Of a stretch of DNA of 64,000 nt, positions 1-8,936 are shown piece by piece; the first letter of the stretch is position 1; every line of letters starts with the position of its first letter. Below the pieces are notes generated by a model. The model was not told the DNA's origin, searched no databases, and saw only the letters and a list, made by a program, of their open reading frames with translations. Where the stretch lies: NCBI GenBank assembly GCA_016179105.1, contig JACOSB010000035.1, positions 9,479 through 73,478 on the forward strand. The letters run 5' to 3'. A program made the translations under genes and the position numbers. This DNA is from Candidatus Acetothermia bacterium (lineage in GTDB: Bacteria > Bipolaricaulota > Bipolaricaulia > RBG-16-55-9 > DRXL01).

Positions 1-2034
1 GCGCTGACCAACGGCGTGCGCGTGCTGATGCTCGAGCAACATCAGCTGCCGATGGTCTACATGGCGCTTATGGTGCGCGCCGGGAGCGGCTTCGATCCCG
101 CTGGCAAGGAGGGACTCGCGCGGTTCACGGCCGAGATGTTGACCCAGGGCACAAAAAATCGCACCGCCGACAAGATCGCTGAAGAAATCGACTCGATCGG
201 CGGCGAGCTGGACGCACAGGCCCAAATCGAGCGCACGATCATCTCGGCACGCGTGCTCAAGAAAGATTTTAAGACCGGTTTGCGTCTGCTCGGCGATGTC
301 GTGCGCAATGCCATCTTTCCCGACGCAGAAATGGAGATCGTGCGCAACCAATTGCTCGGTCAAATTTCCGCCGTTCGTGATAACCCGGGTGCTCTCTTAC
401 AGCAACATTTGCTCTATTCGCTCTTTACCTCCGAACATCCGCTCGGCTCCTTCATGAGCATGGATTCGCTAAAGAGCATCACCAAGGACGATTTGCAACA
501 ATTCTACAGCAAATACTATCTTCCCAATGGCGCGATCTTGGTCGTCGCCGGAGACATTAACCCCTCGGATGTGATGAATGAGGTACGGACGGCGTTCATC
601 AACTGGGCGCCAGGAGCCAAAGCGACCAATCTCCCAGCAATCGCCCCTCCCCCGCCGCCCAACGGTTATCAAGTGCGATTCGTGCAAAAAGCGGGACAGA
701 CCCAAGTACAGATCGGCCTCGCCGAGTCGGGCATTACCTTTAAAGATTCGGACTACCTCCCGGCCCAGCTGGCCAACTATATTCTGGGTGGAGGCGGTTT
801 CTCGTCCCGTTTGCTGAAAGTCGTGCGCTCGCAAGAAGGCAAAACTTATAGCATCTCGAGCCGTTTTATCCCGTACAAATTCCCCGGTGTCTTTGAGATT
901 ACGACCTTCTCGCGCAACGAAGAAGCTCTGGCAACACTCGAGCTCGTGATCCGCGAGCTGAAAAAATTCAGAGAAGGCGGCATCACTCCTGATGAACTCA
1001 ACAAGGCTAAGGGCGCGATCGCCGGTAGACACATTCTGCGCTTCGAGACGCTCCCGGGGTTCGCACAGACTGTTTTGGATCAAGAATTTTACGAGCGTGG
1101 CAAGGACTGGCTCAGCAAATTCCCCGATCAAGTGATGCTCGTGAAATTGGACGATGTGAACAAAGCGATCCAAAGCCATTTTGATCCAGATAATATCACC
1201 ATCGTGCTGCTCGGCGATCGCAACATTTTCGAGGGCCACGAGACCATTCTGGGAAACATCCCCACCGGCGAGATCGGCGTGGTCAACTGGAATCAGCCGC
1301 TGACGACGACGACGCGCCCGTTGCGGTTGCTCACGCAAAAGACGAACGCAGCGAATTGTGCGCCTCAGATTTGCGCTTCGATGGATGATAAAACCAGAAC
1401 GATCGTGCAAGCCTGGGTTCAAGCGCAGGGCGGACTGGAAGCGATCTCCAAGATCAACGACCGCACCGCTCATTGGACTGGCCAAATGAATTTTAACCGA
1501 CAACTGAGCCATGCGACGATTACCGAGCGCTGGCAAAACCCGAACAAATTCGAGTTCGCGGTAGAGGTCAGCAACTTCCAGTACGCTCAAGTCGTGAACG
1601 GAGAAGAAGGCTGGACCAAAGTCCAAAATCGCTCCCGAGACTTGAACGCCGAAAATCTCCTAGAGTTGGGAAGCGAACTATTCTTCTTCCAGAGTGAATT
1701 CTTGCCGAAGATACTCTCCAACCCGAACTACCGACTCACTTTGGCTGGGACGGCTACGGTCGAAAAGACGACTACCGCTGTCATCGAGGTGCGATCGGCT
1801 ACAAGCCATCCGTATAAATTCTATCTCGACCAAACGACGCACCGACTCGTCAAGTTAGAGCTGGTCAATGAGAAACAAGAGTATTTCTACACGGATTACA
1901 AGCAAATGGGAAATATCTGGTCTGCATCTCATGTGCGGGTCGTCATCGAAGGGAAGTTGGACAGTGACCTCACGCTCCAAAACGTGCAGTACAACCAAGG
2001 CATCGATCCAAAGACGTTCGAGAGGCCGAAGTAA
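1..2034 (+). CDS. M16 (pitrilysin/insulinase) family zinc protease-like protein, 5'-truncated by window edge, with C-terminal LolA-like/DUF620-like extension
   Basis: Frame open from base 1 (ALTNGVRVLMLEQHQLP, typical M16 'L.NGL.V' start). GKEGLARFTAEMLTQGT sits where HxxEH normally lies. ILGGGGFSSRL and TYSISS match M16 C-domain motifs. About 230 extra C-terminal aa (AQGGLEAISKI...YTDYKQMG...). Confidence 0.8.
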   Translation, partial: ALTNGVRVLMLEQHQLPMVYMALMVRAGSGFDPAGKEGLARFTAEMLTQGTKNRTADKIAEEIDSIGGELDAQAQIERTIISARVLKKDFKTGLRLLGDVVRNAIFPDAEMEIVRNQLLGQISAVRDNPGALLQQHLLYSLFTSEHPLGSFMSMDSLKSITKDDLQQFYSKYYLPNGAILVVAGDINPSDVMNEVRTAFINWAPGAKATNLPAIAPPPPPNGYQVRFVQKAGQTQVQIGLAESGITFKDSDYLPAQLANYILGGGGFSSRLLKVVRSQEGKTYSISSRFIPYKFPGVFEITTFSRNEEALATLELVIRELKKFREGGITPDELNKAKGAIAGRHILRFETLPGFAQTVLDQEFYERGKDWLSKFPDQVMLVKLDDVNKAIQSHFDPDNITIVLLGDRNIFEGHETILGNIPTGEIGVVNWNQPLTTTTRPLRLLTQKTNAANCAPQICASMDDKTRTIVQAWVQAQGGLEAISKINDRTAHWTGQMNFNRQLSHATITERWQNPNKFEFAVEVSNFQYAQVVNGEEGWTKVQNRSRDLNAENLLELGSELFFFQSEFLPKILSNPNYRLTLAGTATVEKTTTAVIEVRSATSHPYKFYLDQTTHRLVKLELVNEKQEYFYTDYKQMGNIWSASHVRVVIEGKLDSDLTLQNVQYNQGIDPKTFERPK

Positions 2035-2646
2035 ATGGATGAGTTTTTCACGATTCGAGAACCCGCCCGCGCTCAGCTACAGCGCGAGCGTTCTCGTTTT
2101 CTAGCGTTTGCGTTTCCCGTGACGAGCCGAAGCGAGGTCGAGAAATGTTTGCACGAGCTTCAGCAAGAGTTTGCTGATGCGACGCATCACTGCTATGCGT
2201 ATCGGTTGATGGAGAGAAATCAATCAGTCGAATGGGTTGAGGATGCGGGAGAGCCAGCGGGCTCGGCGGGCAAGCCCATCTTACGAGTGATTACGGGCCG
2301 CGATTTATGGAACACGCTCGTCGTGGTCGTCAGATATTTTGGCGGCGTCAAGCTCGGGGTCGGCGGGCTCATGCGTGCCTACAGCGACTCGACGAAAGCT
2401 GTCTTAGCGCTGGTTTCAGTCGTGCGGCACGTGCGCGAGACCGAAGTACCGTTGCGTTATCCTCATGCGTTTACGGGAGAAGTGATGCGCTTGGTCAACC
2501 GCTATCGAGCCCAGATCGTTAAGATAGAGTACAGCGAATCGCCCATGGCTGTGGTGAGACTGCCCGCCGCGCAAGCCGAAAATTTTGAGCGCGATCTGCG
2601 CGATGCGACCCGCGGCCAAGTAGAGCTGCTTCCAGTAACTACTTAA
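2035..2646 (+). CDS. YigZ/IMPACT family protein
   Basis: RSRFLAFAFP, DATHHCYAY, EDAGEPAGSAGKPIL, VVRYFGGVKLGVGGLMRAY motifs. Confidence 0.92.
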   Translation: MDEFFTIREPARAQLQRERSRFLAFAFPVTSRSEVEKCLHELQQEFADATHHCYAYRLMERNQSVEWVEDAGEPAGSAGKPILRVITGRDLWNTLVVVVRYFGGVKLGVGGLMRAYSDSTKAVLALVSVVRHVRETEVPLRYPHAFTGEVMRLVNRYRAQIVKIEYSESPMAVVRLPAAQAENFERDLRDATRGQVELLPVTT

Positions 2647-2659
2647 AATAAAAAAATCT

Positions 2660-3250
2660 ATGATTGATTATATTGAAGGCGAAGTTGCAGAGCTATCGGA
2701 TGAGCTAATGGTCCTGAACAAAGACGGGATCGGCTTTCAACTCTTCGTCTCACAAGCGACGCGCGAGAGCCTCAAGCATCACGAAGGCCCCGTGAAAATT
2801 TTCACCTATCTTCATGTGCGTGAGGATGAACTCTCGCTCTACGGCTTCAGCACGCTCGAAGAGCGCAAGCTATTTCGCTTGCTCATTTCTGTCTCCGGCG
2901 TAGGCCCCAAAGGTGCTCTCTCGATTCTGTCCAACGTTACGCCCCAGCGTTTTCAAGAGGCTGTGATCGGTGAGCGACGCGACGTCTTGGAAGAAATCAA
3001 AGGCATCGGCCGAAAAACAGCCGAGCGTCTCATCGTCGAACTCAAAGAAAAAATCAGCAAGATCTCGTTCGGGCCCGAGCCAGTGCGAGCGCTCTCTAAC
3101 CGCGAAGAGATGGCCTTCAAAGCCCTCACGCGCAATCTAGGTTTCGGCGATTCCGAGGCGCGGCGGGCGATTGCTCAAGTCAAAGCGACGGGCGTGGAGT
3201 CGACGGAAGAGCTTGTCAAGCGCGCCCTAAGTCTGCTCGCCAGTCGTTAA
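2660..3250 (+). CDS. ruvA: Holliday junction branch migration protein RuvA
   Basis: MIDYIEG start, TYLHVRED..LYGF, LISVSGVGPKGALSIL and IKGIGRKTAERLIVELK HhH motifs. Confidence 0.96.
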   Translation: MIDYIEGEVAELSDELMVLNKDGIGFQLFVSQATRESLKHHEGPVKIFTYLHVREDELSLYGFSTLEERKLFRLLISVSGVGPKGALSILSNVTPQRFQEAVIGERRDVLEEIKGIGRKTAERLIVELKEKISKISFGPEPVRALSNREEMAFKALTRNLGFGDSEARRAIAQVKATGVESTEELVKRALSLLASR

Positions 3251-3256
3251 TCACCG

Positions 3257-4096
3257 ATGAAGCTCGTCTATTCTCCCAAGTCCCTGGAGTACGAGGAGCC
3301 CGGCCACCCGGAGAGCCCCGAGCGCCTGCGTCGAGCCTATGCCTATCTCAAAGACAAGTATGAATTTTTCGAGCCCGCGCTTGCGACTGATGATGATTTG
3401 TTGAGAGTCCATTCACTCAAGCATATCGCGCAAGTGCGAGCGAATGAGTTCTATGATCCAGATTCTCCTCGCTATCCCAAGATCGATCTGTATGCGCGCT
3501 TGGCCGCCGGCGCGGCGATCCTGGCTGCCCAAGAGCACGCTTTTTCGCTGATGCGTCCGCCGGGACACCACGCGGCTCGTGAGCGCGTCGCCGGGTTTTG
3601 CTACTTCAACAACATTTCAATTGCCGTGAAAAGCACGAACAAAAAGACACTCATCATCGACTTCGATGGGCACCATGGCGACGGCACGCAAGCGATCTTC
3701 CTCGGCGATGAGCAAGTAAGCATTATCTCGCTCCATCGCTCGCCGTGGTATCCCGGCACGGGGCTGAGATCAGATCAAAACTGCTCCAATTATCCATTAC
3801 ACGCCTTCTGTGGGGACTCAACCTATCTTCAAACGTTGGACAAGGCGCTAGACAAAATAGACTTACGAGATGTCGAACAAATCGCGGTCTCCGCCGGATT
3901 CGATGCGTTTATCGACGATCCTTTGGCTTCACTTGGGCTCTCGACAGAATGCTTCTACGAGATTGGGAAGCGCATCGCCCAACTGAAACTTCCTACCTTT
4001 GCCGTGCTCGAAGGCGGCTACAACGTGACGCACCTTGGCCCCAACATTCACGCGTTTCTGCAAGGCCTCAGCAGTCGGGAATTTCAGCAAGGTTAA
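3257..4096 (+). CDS. Histone deacetylase / AcuC family Zn-dependent deacetylase
   Basis: HPESPERL, RPPGHHA, GFCYFNN, IDFDGHHGDGT, SAGFD, LEGGY. Confidence 0.93.
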   Translation: MKLVYSPKSLEYEEPGHPESPERLRRAYAYLKDKYEFFEPALATDDDLLRVHSLKHIAQVRANEFYDPDSPRYPKIDLYARLAAGAAILAAQEHAFSLMRPPGHHAARERVAGFCYFNNISIAVKSTNKKTLIIDFDGHHGDGTQAIFLGDEQVSIISLHRSPWYPGTGLRSDQNCSNYPLHAFCGDSTYLQTLDKALDKIDLRDVEQIAVSAGFDAFIDDPLASLGLSTECFYEIGKRIAQLKLPTFAVLEGGYNVTHLGPNIHAFLQGLSSREFQQG

Positions 4097-5420
4097 TCTT
4101 AACTTTTAGCTGGAGCACTTCTGTTTCTAGTTCCCAACTTTCGCTCTGAATCTTAAGTTTGGCAGTCGGCAAATCGTCAAACTTCATTGTCCTTATAGCG
4201 ATCATCGCTCCCAGCGCTTTTGTCTGGTCCTTGCCGTACACATCCACTACATAGCCATCCGAGAGAGCGATCGCTCGCAAGGCTTCCGTCAGCGTCGTGA
4301 TCGCCGTCTTTTTGCAAAGCTTTTCGGATTCCAAAAATACTTCGGCTTTCGCTATATGAAACTGTCCGCAAACTCGACATTCTGAATCATTGGCGTCGAG
4401 AGTTTGTTGGTTGAGTTGATAGCCGTACACAGCGAGCGCCGTTCCATCAAAGTATTTCTCGTTGTAGAGAATTTGGGTCTTCAGCGGATCGGCGGGTTGC
4501 TCCCAGTTGGCCAGCCCCAAGTAGTGATCGAAATCACTGGGAGCCATGAAATTGCTTTTCGCTTCTGCAAAGAGCCATATGGTCGCCCGCCCCACTTTGG
4601 GGGCGGCGGCCACGCGTTTAACCGCGTCCATCAAAATATCTCGCACTTGTTCTTTAGTAAACCGCCCCTCGGCCGGTCTCGACAAAGGGTCAATAATGTA
4701 TCGATACAAGAGCGATTTTAGTCCCTGTTCGGCTGAGTTCAGCTGATTCTTGTTCTCGAGATAGTATTTGAGCCCGTTGACAGAAAAGCTTGTCTTTTCT
4801 GGCTCATTCACGCGCACGGAGACCGAGTCTCGATCCGCGAGACCGGCGCTGTCTGTCACGGTGAGCATCACTTCGTAATCTCCGGGGATCGTGTATTTGT
4901 AAATCAGCTTGGGTTCGTCGCTGGTTTGACCGTCTCCAAGGTCCCAGTGATACGATTTGATAGAAGTTTCCGAGCTTTGCGAGCGCGAGGCGTCCAGCTC
5001 CACTAACAATGGAAAATCCCCGGAGATAAATTTGAGGGGAACCGCCTCTTTGCTCGTCAAGAGATGGACTGTGGCTTCGGCTTTGGGGCCGGCGCTGATT
5101 TTGATATGAACCTCTGCGTGGTTCGTCTGTTTTTTATTGTCAGTCACTGCCAAGCTGACCAGATATTCACCATTCTTTTGATATTTATGTTCTGGAGCGG
5201 CTTCGGCGCTCGTTCCCCCGTCGCCAAAGTTCCACTCGATCTTTTCTACTTTGCCAGCGGGATCGCTCCATTGACCTTGGAATTTGACGGTCTTCTCAGA
5301 AAACTTCTGACCATCCGCGGGAGCCAAAATCTTCACCGTAGGAGATTGATTCGTTTGACTGGAACAACCACCGACAACTAAGAAAATTGATGCAATTAAT
5401 GAGCATAGAATCGCTTTCAT
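4068..5420 (-). CDS. PKD-domain lipoprotein (two PKD domains plus unknown C-terminal region)
   Basis: Signal peptide with lipobox VVGG-C. PKD motifs WNFGDG...Y...G.Y.V.L.VTD and WDLGDG...PGDYEVMLTVTD. 3' end overlaps the deacetylase by 29 nt. Confidence 0.8.
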   Translation of the reverse strand: MKAILCSLIASIFLVVGGCSSQTNQSPTVKILAPADGQKFSEKTVKFQGQWSDPAGKVEKIEWNFGDGGTSAEAAPEHKYQKNGEYLVSLAVTDNKKQTNHAEVHIKISAGPKAEATVHLLTSKEAVPLKFISGDFPLLVELDASRSQSSETSIKSYHWDLGDGQTSDEPKLIYKYTIPGDYEVMLTVTDSAGLADRDSVSVRVNEPEKTSFSVNGLKYYLENKNQLNSAEQGLKSLLYRYIIDPLSRPAEGRFTKEQVRDILMDAVKRVAAAPKVGRATIWLFAEAKSNFMAPSDFDHYLGLANWEQPADPLKTQILYNEKYFDGTALAVYGYQLNQQTLDANDSECRVCGQFHIAKAEVFLESEKLCKKTAITTLTEALRAIALSDGYVVDVYGKDQTKALGAMIAIRTMKFDDLPTAKLKIQSESWELETEVLQLKVKINLAEIPDC

Positions 5421-5434
5421 ATAAATCCTTTACC

Positions 5435-5524
5435 TCACGGAGGTCGCAGAAATTCCACAGAAGACACAGAAAACGGCTCGTCGTTTTGTCCGTGCCTTCT
5501 GTACGTCTTGGTGCGCTCCGTGAT
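5435..5524. repeat. Degenerate ~90-bp palindromic intergenic element (copy 1)
   Basis: Terminal inverted repeat TCACGGAG...CTCCGTGA. Internal CACAGAAGACACAGAAAACGG is alignable with 12803-12896. Confidence 0.65.
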
Positions 5525-5542
5525 TCTATCCCTCTAATTGCG

Positions 5543-5587
5543 AAAAAGAAAGCAGCCCGGTCAGCTCTACAGACTGTTCCGGGCTGC
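5543..5587 (-). terminator. Intrinsic terminator after hppA
   Basis: Stem GCAGCCCGG/CCGGGCTGC followed on the minus strand by TTTCTTTTT, 13 nt after the hppA stop. Confidence 0.75.
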
Positions 5588-5600
5588 GCTAGTCTGTTTT

Positions 5601-7688
5601 CTACTTTAAGAACGGCACCAGCAACAGCGCGACGATGTTCGCTACTTTGATCATGGGGTTGATCGCGGGACCCGCTGTGTCTTTGTATGGGTCGCCCACG
5701 GTGTCGCCCGTGACGGCCGCTTGATGGGCAAAAGATTTCTTCGCATGCCCCGGCAACATGCCCGCTTCGATGTATTTTTTCGCGTTGTCCCAGGCCGCAC
5801 CACCCGTCGTCATCGAGATCGCGACGAAGATGCCCGTGACGATCGAGCCCACGAGCAATCCGCCGAGTGCTTTTGCGCCCAAAAAAGGAATCAAGCCCAC
5901 GATGATCGGCACCAAGACGGGGATGAGCGCGGGTACGATCATCTGTCTCTGCGCAGCCGCCGTGACGATGCGCACGCAGGCCGCATAATCTGGCTTCGCT
6001 TTGCCCGTCATAATGCCCTTGATCTCTTTGAACTGCCGGCGCACCTCTTGGATGATCGCTCCGGCCGCTTCGCCAACGGCATCCAGCGCGAGAGCCGCGA
6101 AGATAAACGGCATCGCTCCGCCGAGGAAGAGCCCGATCAAGACTGTCGGGTCCGAGAGCAAGAACTGCACTTGCTTGCCGGCATTGGCTAACTCTTGCGA
6201 GTACGCTGAGAAGAGAACGAGCGCGGCGAGTCCGGCAGAACCGATAGCGTAACCCTTCGTGACCGCTTTCGTTGTGTTGCCCACAGCGTCTAGGGGGTCA
6301 GTTACATCTCGCACAGACTCCGGCAAATCGGCCATTTCAGCGATGCCGCCGGCGTTGTCCGTGATCGGGCCATAAGCGTCAATCGCGACAATGATGCCGG
6401 TCATCGAGAGCATGGCGGTAGCGGCGATAGCAATTCCATAAAGCCCGGCTAGATTGTTGCTGAGCCCTCCCGCGAGATAATATGCCACCAGCGTCGCGGC
6501 TGAAATCAAGAGAATCGGAGCTACAGTCGCGCGTAGCGAAACGGCCAAGCCTGCAATGATGTTCGTGGCGTGACCCGTCACCGAAGCGCGGGCAATCTTA
6601 CGTACAGAGCCAAAACGAGTGGCCGTATAAAAATCCGTAATCGCGACCATGCCAATGGTCACGAGAATGCCCAAAAGTGCGCATAACCATAGCGCGAAGG
6701 GGGAAGCCGGCGTGGGATTGTCGGCCATTAACCATTGTGTAATAGGCAAGAAACCAAGTGCTGCCAGGAAGGCTGCCACTCCCATTCCCCGGTAAAGCGC
6801 TCCCATAATACTCTGGCTTTTCGGCAGGCGCACAAAGAGAGTGCCGACGATCGAACATAGAATGGAAACGCCTCCGATCACCAGCGGGAAGATCACAGCG
6901 TTGTTGAAGCCCGGCATTGCCAGATTTGCGAGCACCATGGATGCGACGGAGGTCACGGCGTAAGTTTCGAACAAATCGGCAGCCATGCCCGCGTCGTCAC
7001 CCACGTTGTCACCGACGTTGTCGGCGATCACCGCCGGGTTGCGTGGGTCATCTTCGGGAATGCCCGCCTCGATCTTGCCGACCAAATCAGCGCCCGCGTC
7101 CGCGCCCTTGGTGAAGATACCTCCGCCCAAGCGCGCGAAGACCGAGATCAGCGAACCGCCAAAGCTCAAGCCGACCAAAGCTTTCAAGACATCATCGACT
7201 TTTAAGCCGAGAGCTGTGAGAATCCCATAGTATCCAGCAACTGAGATCAAGCCCAATCCGACGACGAAAAGACCCGTGACTGCGCCGCCTTTGAATGCGA
7301 CCGAGAGCGCGTAGGCCAAGCCTCCTTTGGCAGCTTCGGCCGTGCGCACGTTGGCGCGGACAGCTACGTTCATGCCCGCATAGCCCGCGACCGCGGAGGA
7401 GATCGCGCCGATCACGAAGCCGATGGCCGTCGACCAGCCTAAGGTCCAACCTTGAGTTAAGCCGAACCCTAGCAAAATCACGAAGAAGAGTAGGGCTGCG
7501 ACTCCGGCGATGATCGAATACTGGCGATTCAGATAGGCTTGCGCGCCCTCTTGAATCGCTCGGGCGATCGATTTCATCTTTTCATCGCCTTGCGGCAAGC
7601 GCAAAATATAGAACGTCAAAATCAGTCCGTAAGCGATCGCCGCGATGCCGCAAACCACCGCCAAAAGAATCAACCACATTCCATCCAT
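5601..7688 (-). CDS. hppA: Membrane-bound H+-translocating pyrophosphatase, K+-independent type
   Basis: [48 protein letters not shown] (Lys form), [11 protein letters not shown]. Start set at ATG 7688, 8 nt after GGAGG. Confidence 0.96.
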   Translation of the reverse strand: MDGMWLILLAVVCGIAAIAYGLILTFYILRLPQGDEKMKSIARAIQEGAQAYLNRQYSIIAGVAALLFFVILLGFGLTQGWTLGWSTAIGFVIGAISSAVAGYAGMNVAVRANVRTAEAAKGGLAYALSVAFKGGAVTGLFVVGLGLISVAGYYGILTALGLKVDDVLKALVGLSFGGSLISVFARLGGGIFTKGADAGADLVGKIEAGIPEDDPRNPAVIADNVGDNVGDDAGMAADLFETYAVTSVASMVLANLAMPGFNNAVIFPLVIGGVSILCSIVGTLFVRLPKSQSIMGALYRGMGVAAFLAALGFLPITQWLMADNPTPASPFALWLCALLGILVTIGMVAITDFYTATRFGSVRKIARASVTGHATNIIAGLAVSLRATVAPILLISAATLVAYYLAGGLSNNLAGLYGIAIAATAMLSMTGIIVAIDAYGPITDNAGGIAEMADLPESVRDVTDPLDAVGNTTKAVTKGYAIGSAGLAALVLFSAYSQELANAGKQVQFLLSDPTVLIGLFLGGAMPFIFAALALDAVGEAAGAIIQEVRRQFKEIKGIMTGKAKPDYAACVRIVTAAAQRQMIVPALIPVLVPIIVGLIPFLGAKALGGLLVGSIVTGIFVAISMTTGGAAWDNAKKYIEAGMLPGHAKKSFAHQAAVTGDTVGDPYKDTAGPAINPMIKVANIVALLLVPFLK

Positions 7689-7726
7689 CCAGAAAACCTC
7701 CCCAGGTTTCACCGCGAATTTGAGTC

Positions 7727-7755
7727 ATTATAGCAGTGAGCCTCGGGTCTGACAA
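7727..7755 (-). promoter_or_regulatory. Sigma70-type promoter for hppA
   Basis: TTGTCA-N17-TATAAT with TG extension on the minus strand. Confidence 0.75.
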
Positions 7756-7838
7756 ATTCAACGACGAGCGCCCGACTGTTCAAAACAACACTGGAATTCA
7801 GATAAAAGAGCTTGAGCCGCCTCGTTTTCTCCTGGCAC

Positions 7839-7867
7839 TTGGCAAACTGATTCCTAAGTGCTATGAT
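7839..7867 (+). promoter_or_regulatory. Sigma70-type promoter for the methyltransferase gene
   Basis: TTGGCA-N17-TATGAT with TG extension. It overlaps the ORF-track start at 7863, so the true start is downstream. Confidence 0.6.
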
Positions 7868-7916
7868 AAAGAAAAAATTAGAACCGTTTTCAGACTCGCT
7901 TGGTCTGATGGGGATT

Positions 7917-8567
7917 ATGAGTAAAAGGGTTTCTCAAGTACTTCCTAGCATAATGATCAGTGGGTTCGCGTTTGGGGTCCCGCTTTTCATCACTGACCAT
8001 CTCTCGATTCTCTTGAGCAATTTCGCGGGATTCGGGTTCATGCTGGTCTTCACCGCCTGGCTCTGGGTCGAAGTCGCGTTCGCGAACCATCTGTCGGTGA
8101 CTACTGTCCGCGATCGAATCTGGCGCGTCATCTTTGGCGTGATGATCTACGGCGGACTACTCCTGACCTTGCTGGAGTACGCCCGAGAACCTCTGCATCT
8201 TCATCCTTTGATTACTATTCTGGGCTTAGTCCTATCTGCCTCAGGAGCCATCACCCGATACTTGTCTATACGTGCGCTTGGGGTCTACTTCACCTATGAG
8301 CTGCGTGTGGAGGCGGGACAGCAAATCATCCAAGAGGGTCCATATCGCTACATCCGTCATCCGGGCTATACGGGCATCCTGTTGCTACTCGCCGGGCTAC
8401 CTTTGATCTTCCAGAGTTGGTACGGGTTTTTCTGGCTTGGTCTGGTCTGCGGCAGCTTCATGCTGATCCGCATTCCTCACGAGGAAACGATGCTGCTCGA
8501 CGCCTTCGGTGAGACGTATCGAGTCTACACGAAGCGCACCAAGCGACTGATCCCGTTTATCTATTGA
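7917..8567 (+). CDS. Isoprenylcysteine carboxylmethyltransferase (ICMT/Ste14) family membrane protein
   Basis: Multiple TM helices. LG.YFT.EL..., GPYRYIRHPGYTG and EE..L...FGE.Y..Y..RTKRLIPFIY motifs. Start is 7908 or 7917. Confidence 0.88.
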   Translation: MSKRVSQVLPSIMISGFAFGVPLFITDHLSILLSNFAGFGFMLVFTAWLWVEVAFANHLSVTTVRDRIWRVIFGVMIYGGLLLTLLEYAREPLHLHPLITILGLVLSASGAITRYLSIRALGVYFTYELRVEAGQQIIQEGPYRYIRHPGYTGILLLLAGLPLIFQSWYGFFWLGLVCGSFMLIRIPHEETMLLDAFGETYRVYTKRTKRLIPFIY

Positions 8568-8641
8568 TGAGACGATAATCTACCGATTTCACTTATTGGG
8601 AGATAATAATTGTCAAACGACTTGTGCAGGCGAAGCCCCCC

Positions 8642-8670
8642 TTGAATAAATGCGCATCTTGAATTATACT
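8642..8670 (+). promoter_or_regulatory. Sigma70-type promoter for the acidic microprotein
   Basis: TTGAAT(8642-8647)-N17-TATACT(8665-8670). Confidence 0.65.
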
Positions 8671-8698
8671 CCGTGCGCCAAAAAGGAGGATGATCTTG

Positions 8699-8875
8699 AT
8701 GAAAGCGCTGATGACCGCTGAAGAAGAGCTTAGGATTAAACGTCATACGGAGGACGAAGACGATGAGGATTGGGAGGAAGACGACTGGGAAGATGATGAG
8801 GACGAGTGGGACGATATCGACGAAGAAGAATGGGATGCCAAGAAAGAAGAGGATGACGACGAAGAGGATGATTGA
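8699..8875 (+). CDS. Small hyper-acidic protein (58 aa), function unknown
   Basis: AAGGAGG SD before ATG 8699 and its own promoter. The C-terminal 41 aa contain 33 D/E and four Trp. Confidence 0.65.
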   Translation: MKALMTAEEELRIKRHTEDEDDEDWEEDDWEDDEDEWDDIDEEEWDAKKEEDDDEEDD

Positions 8876-8936
8876 CAGCTTGTCTTTACCAGAATCTTAA
8901 ACCCTGAGCGACTTTTTCTGCAATCACGAGTTTACG

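Noticed and set aside
469-1626. Long antisense or alternate-frame ORFs in the track (e.g. 469-1626 -, 11725-12351 -, 19348-19998 +, 23866-24582 -, 34884-35618 +)
   Set aside because: They lie wholly opposite or within well-supported genes and have no recognisable motifs. They are typical shadow ORFs of GC-rich coding sequence.
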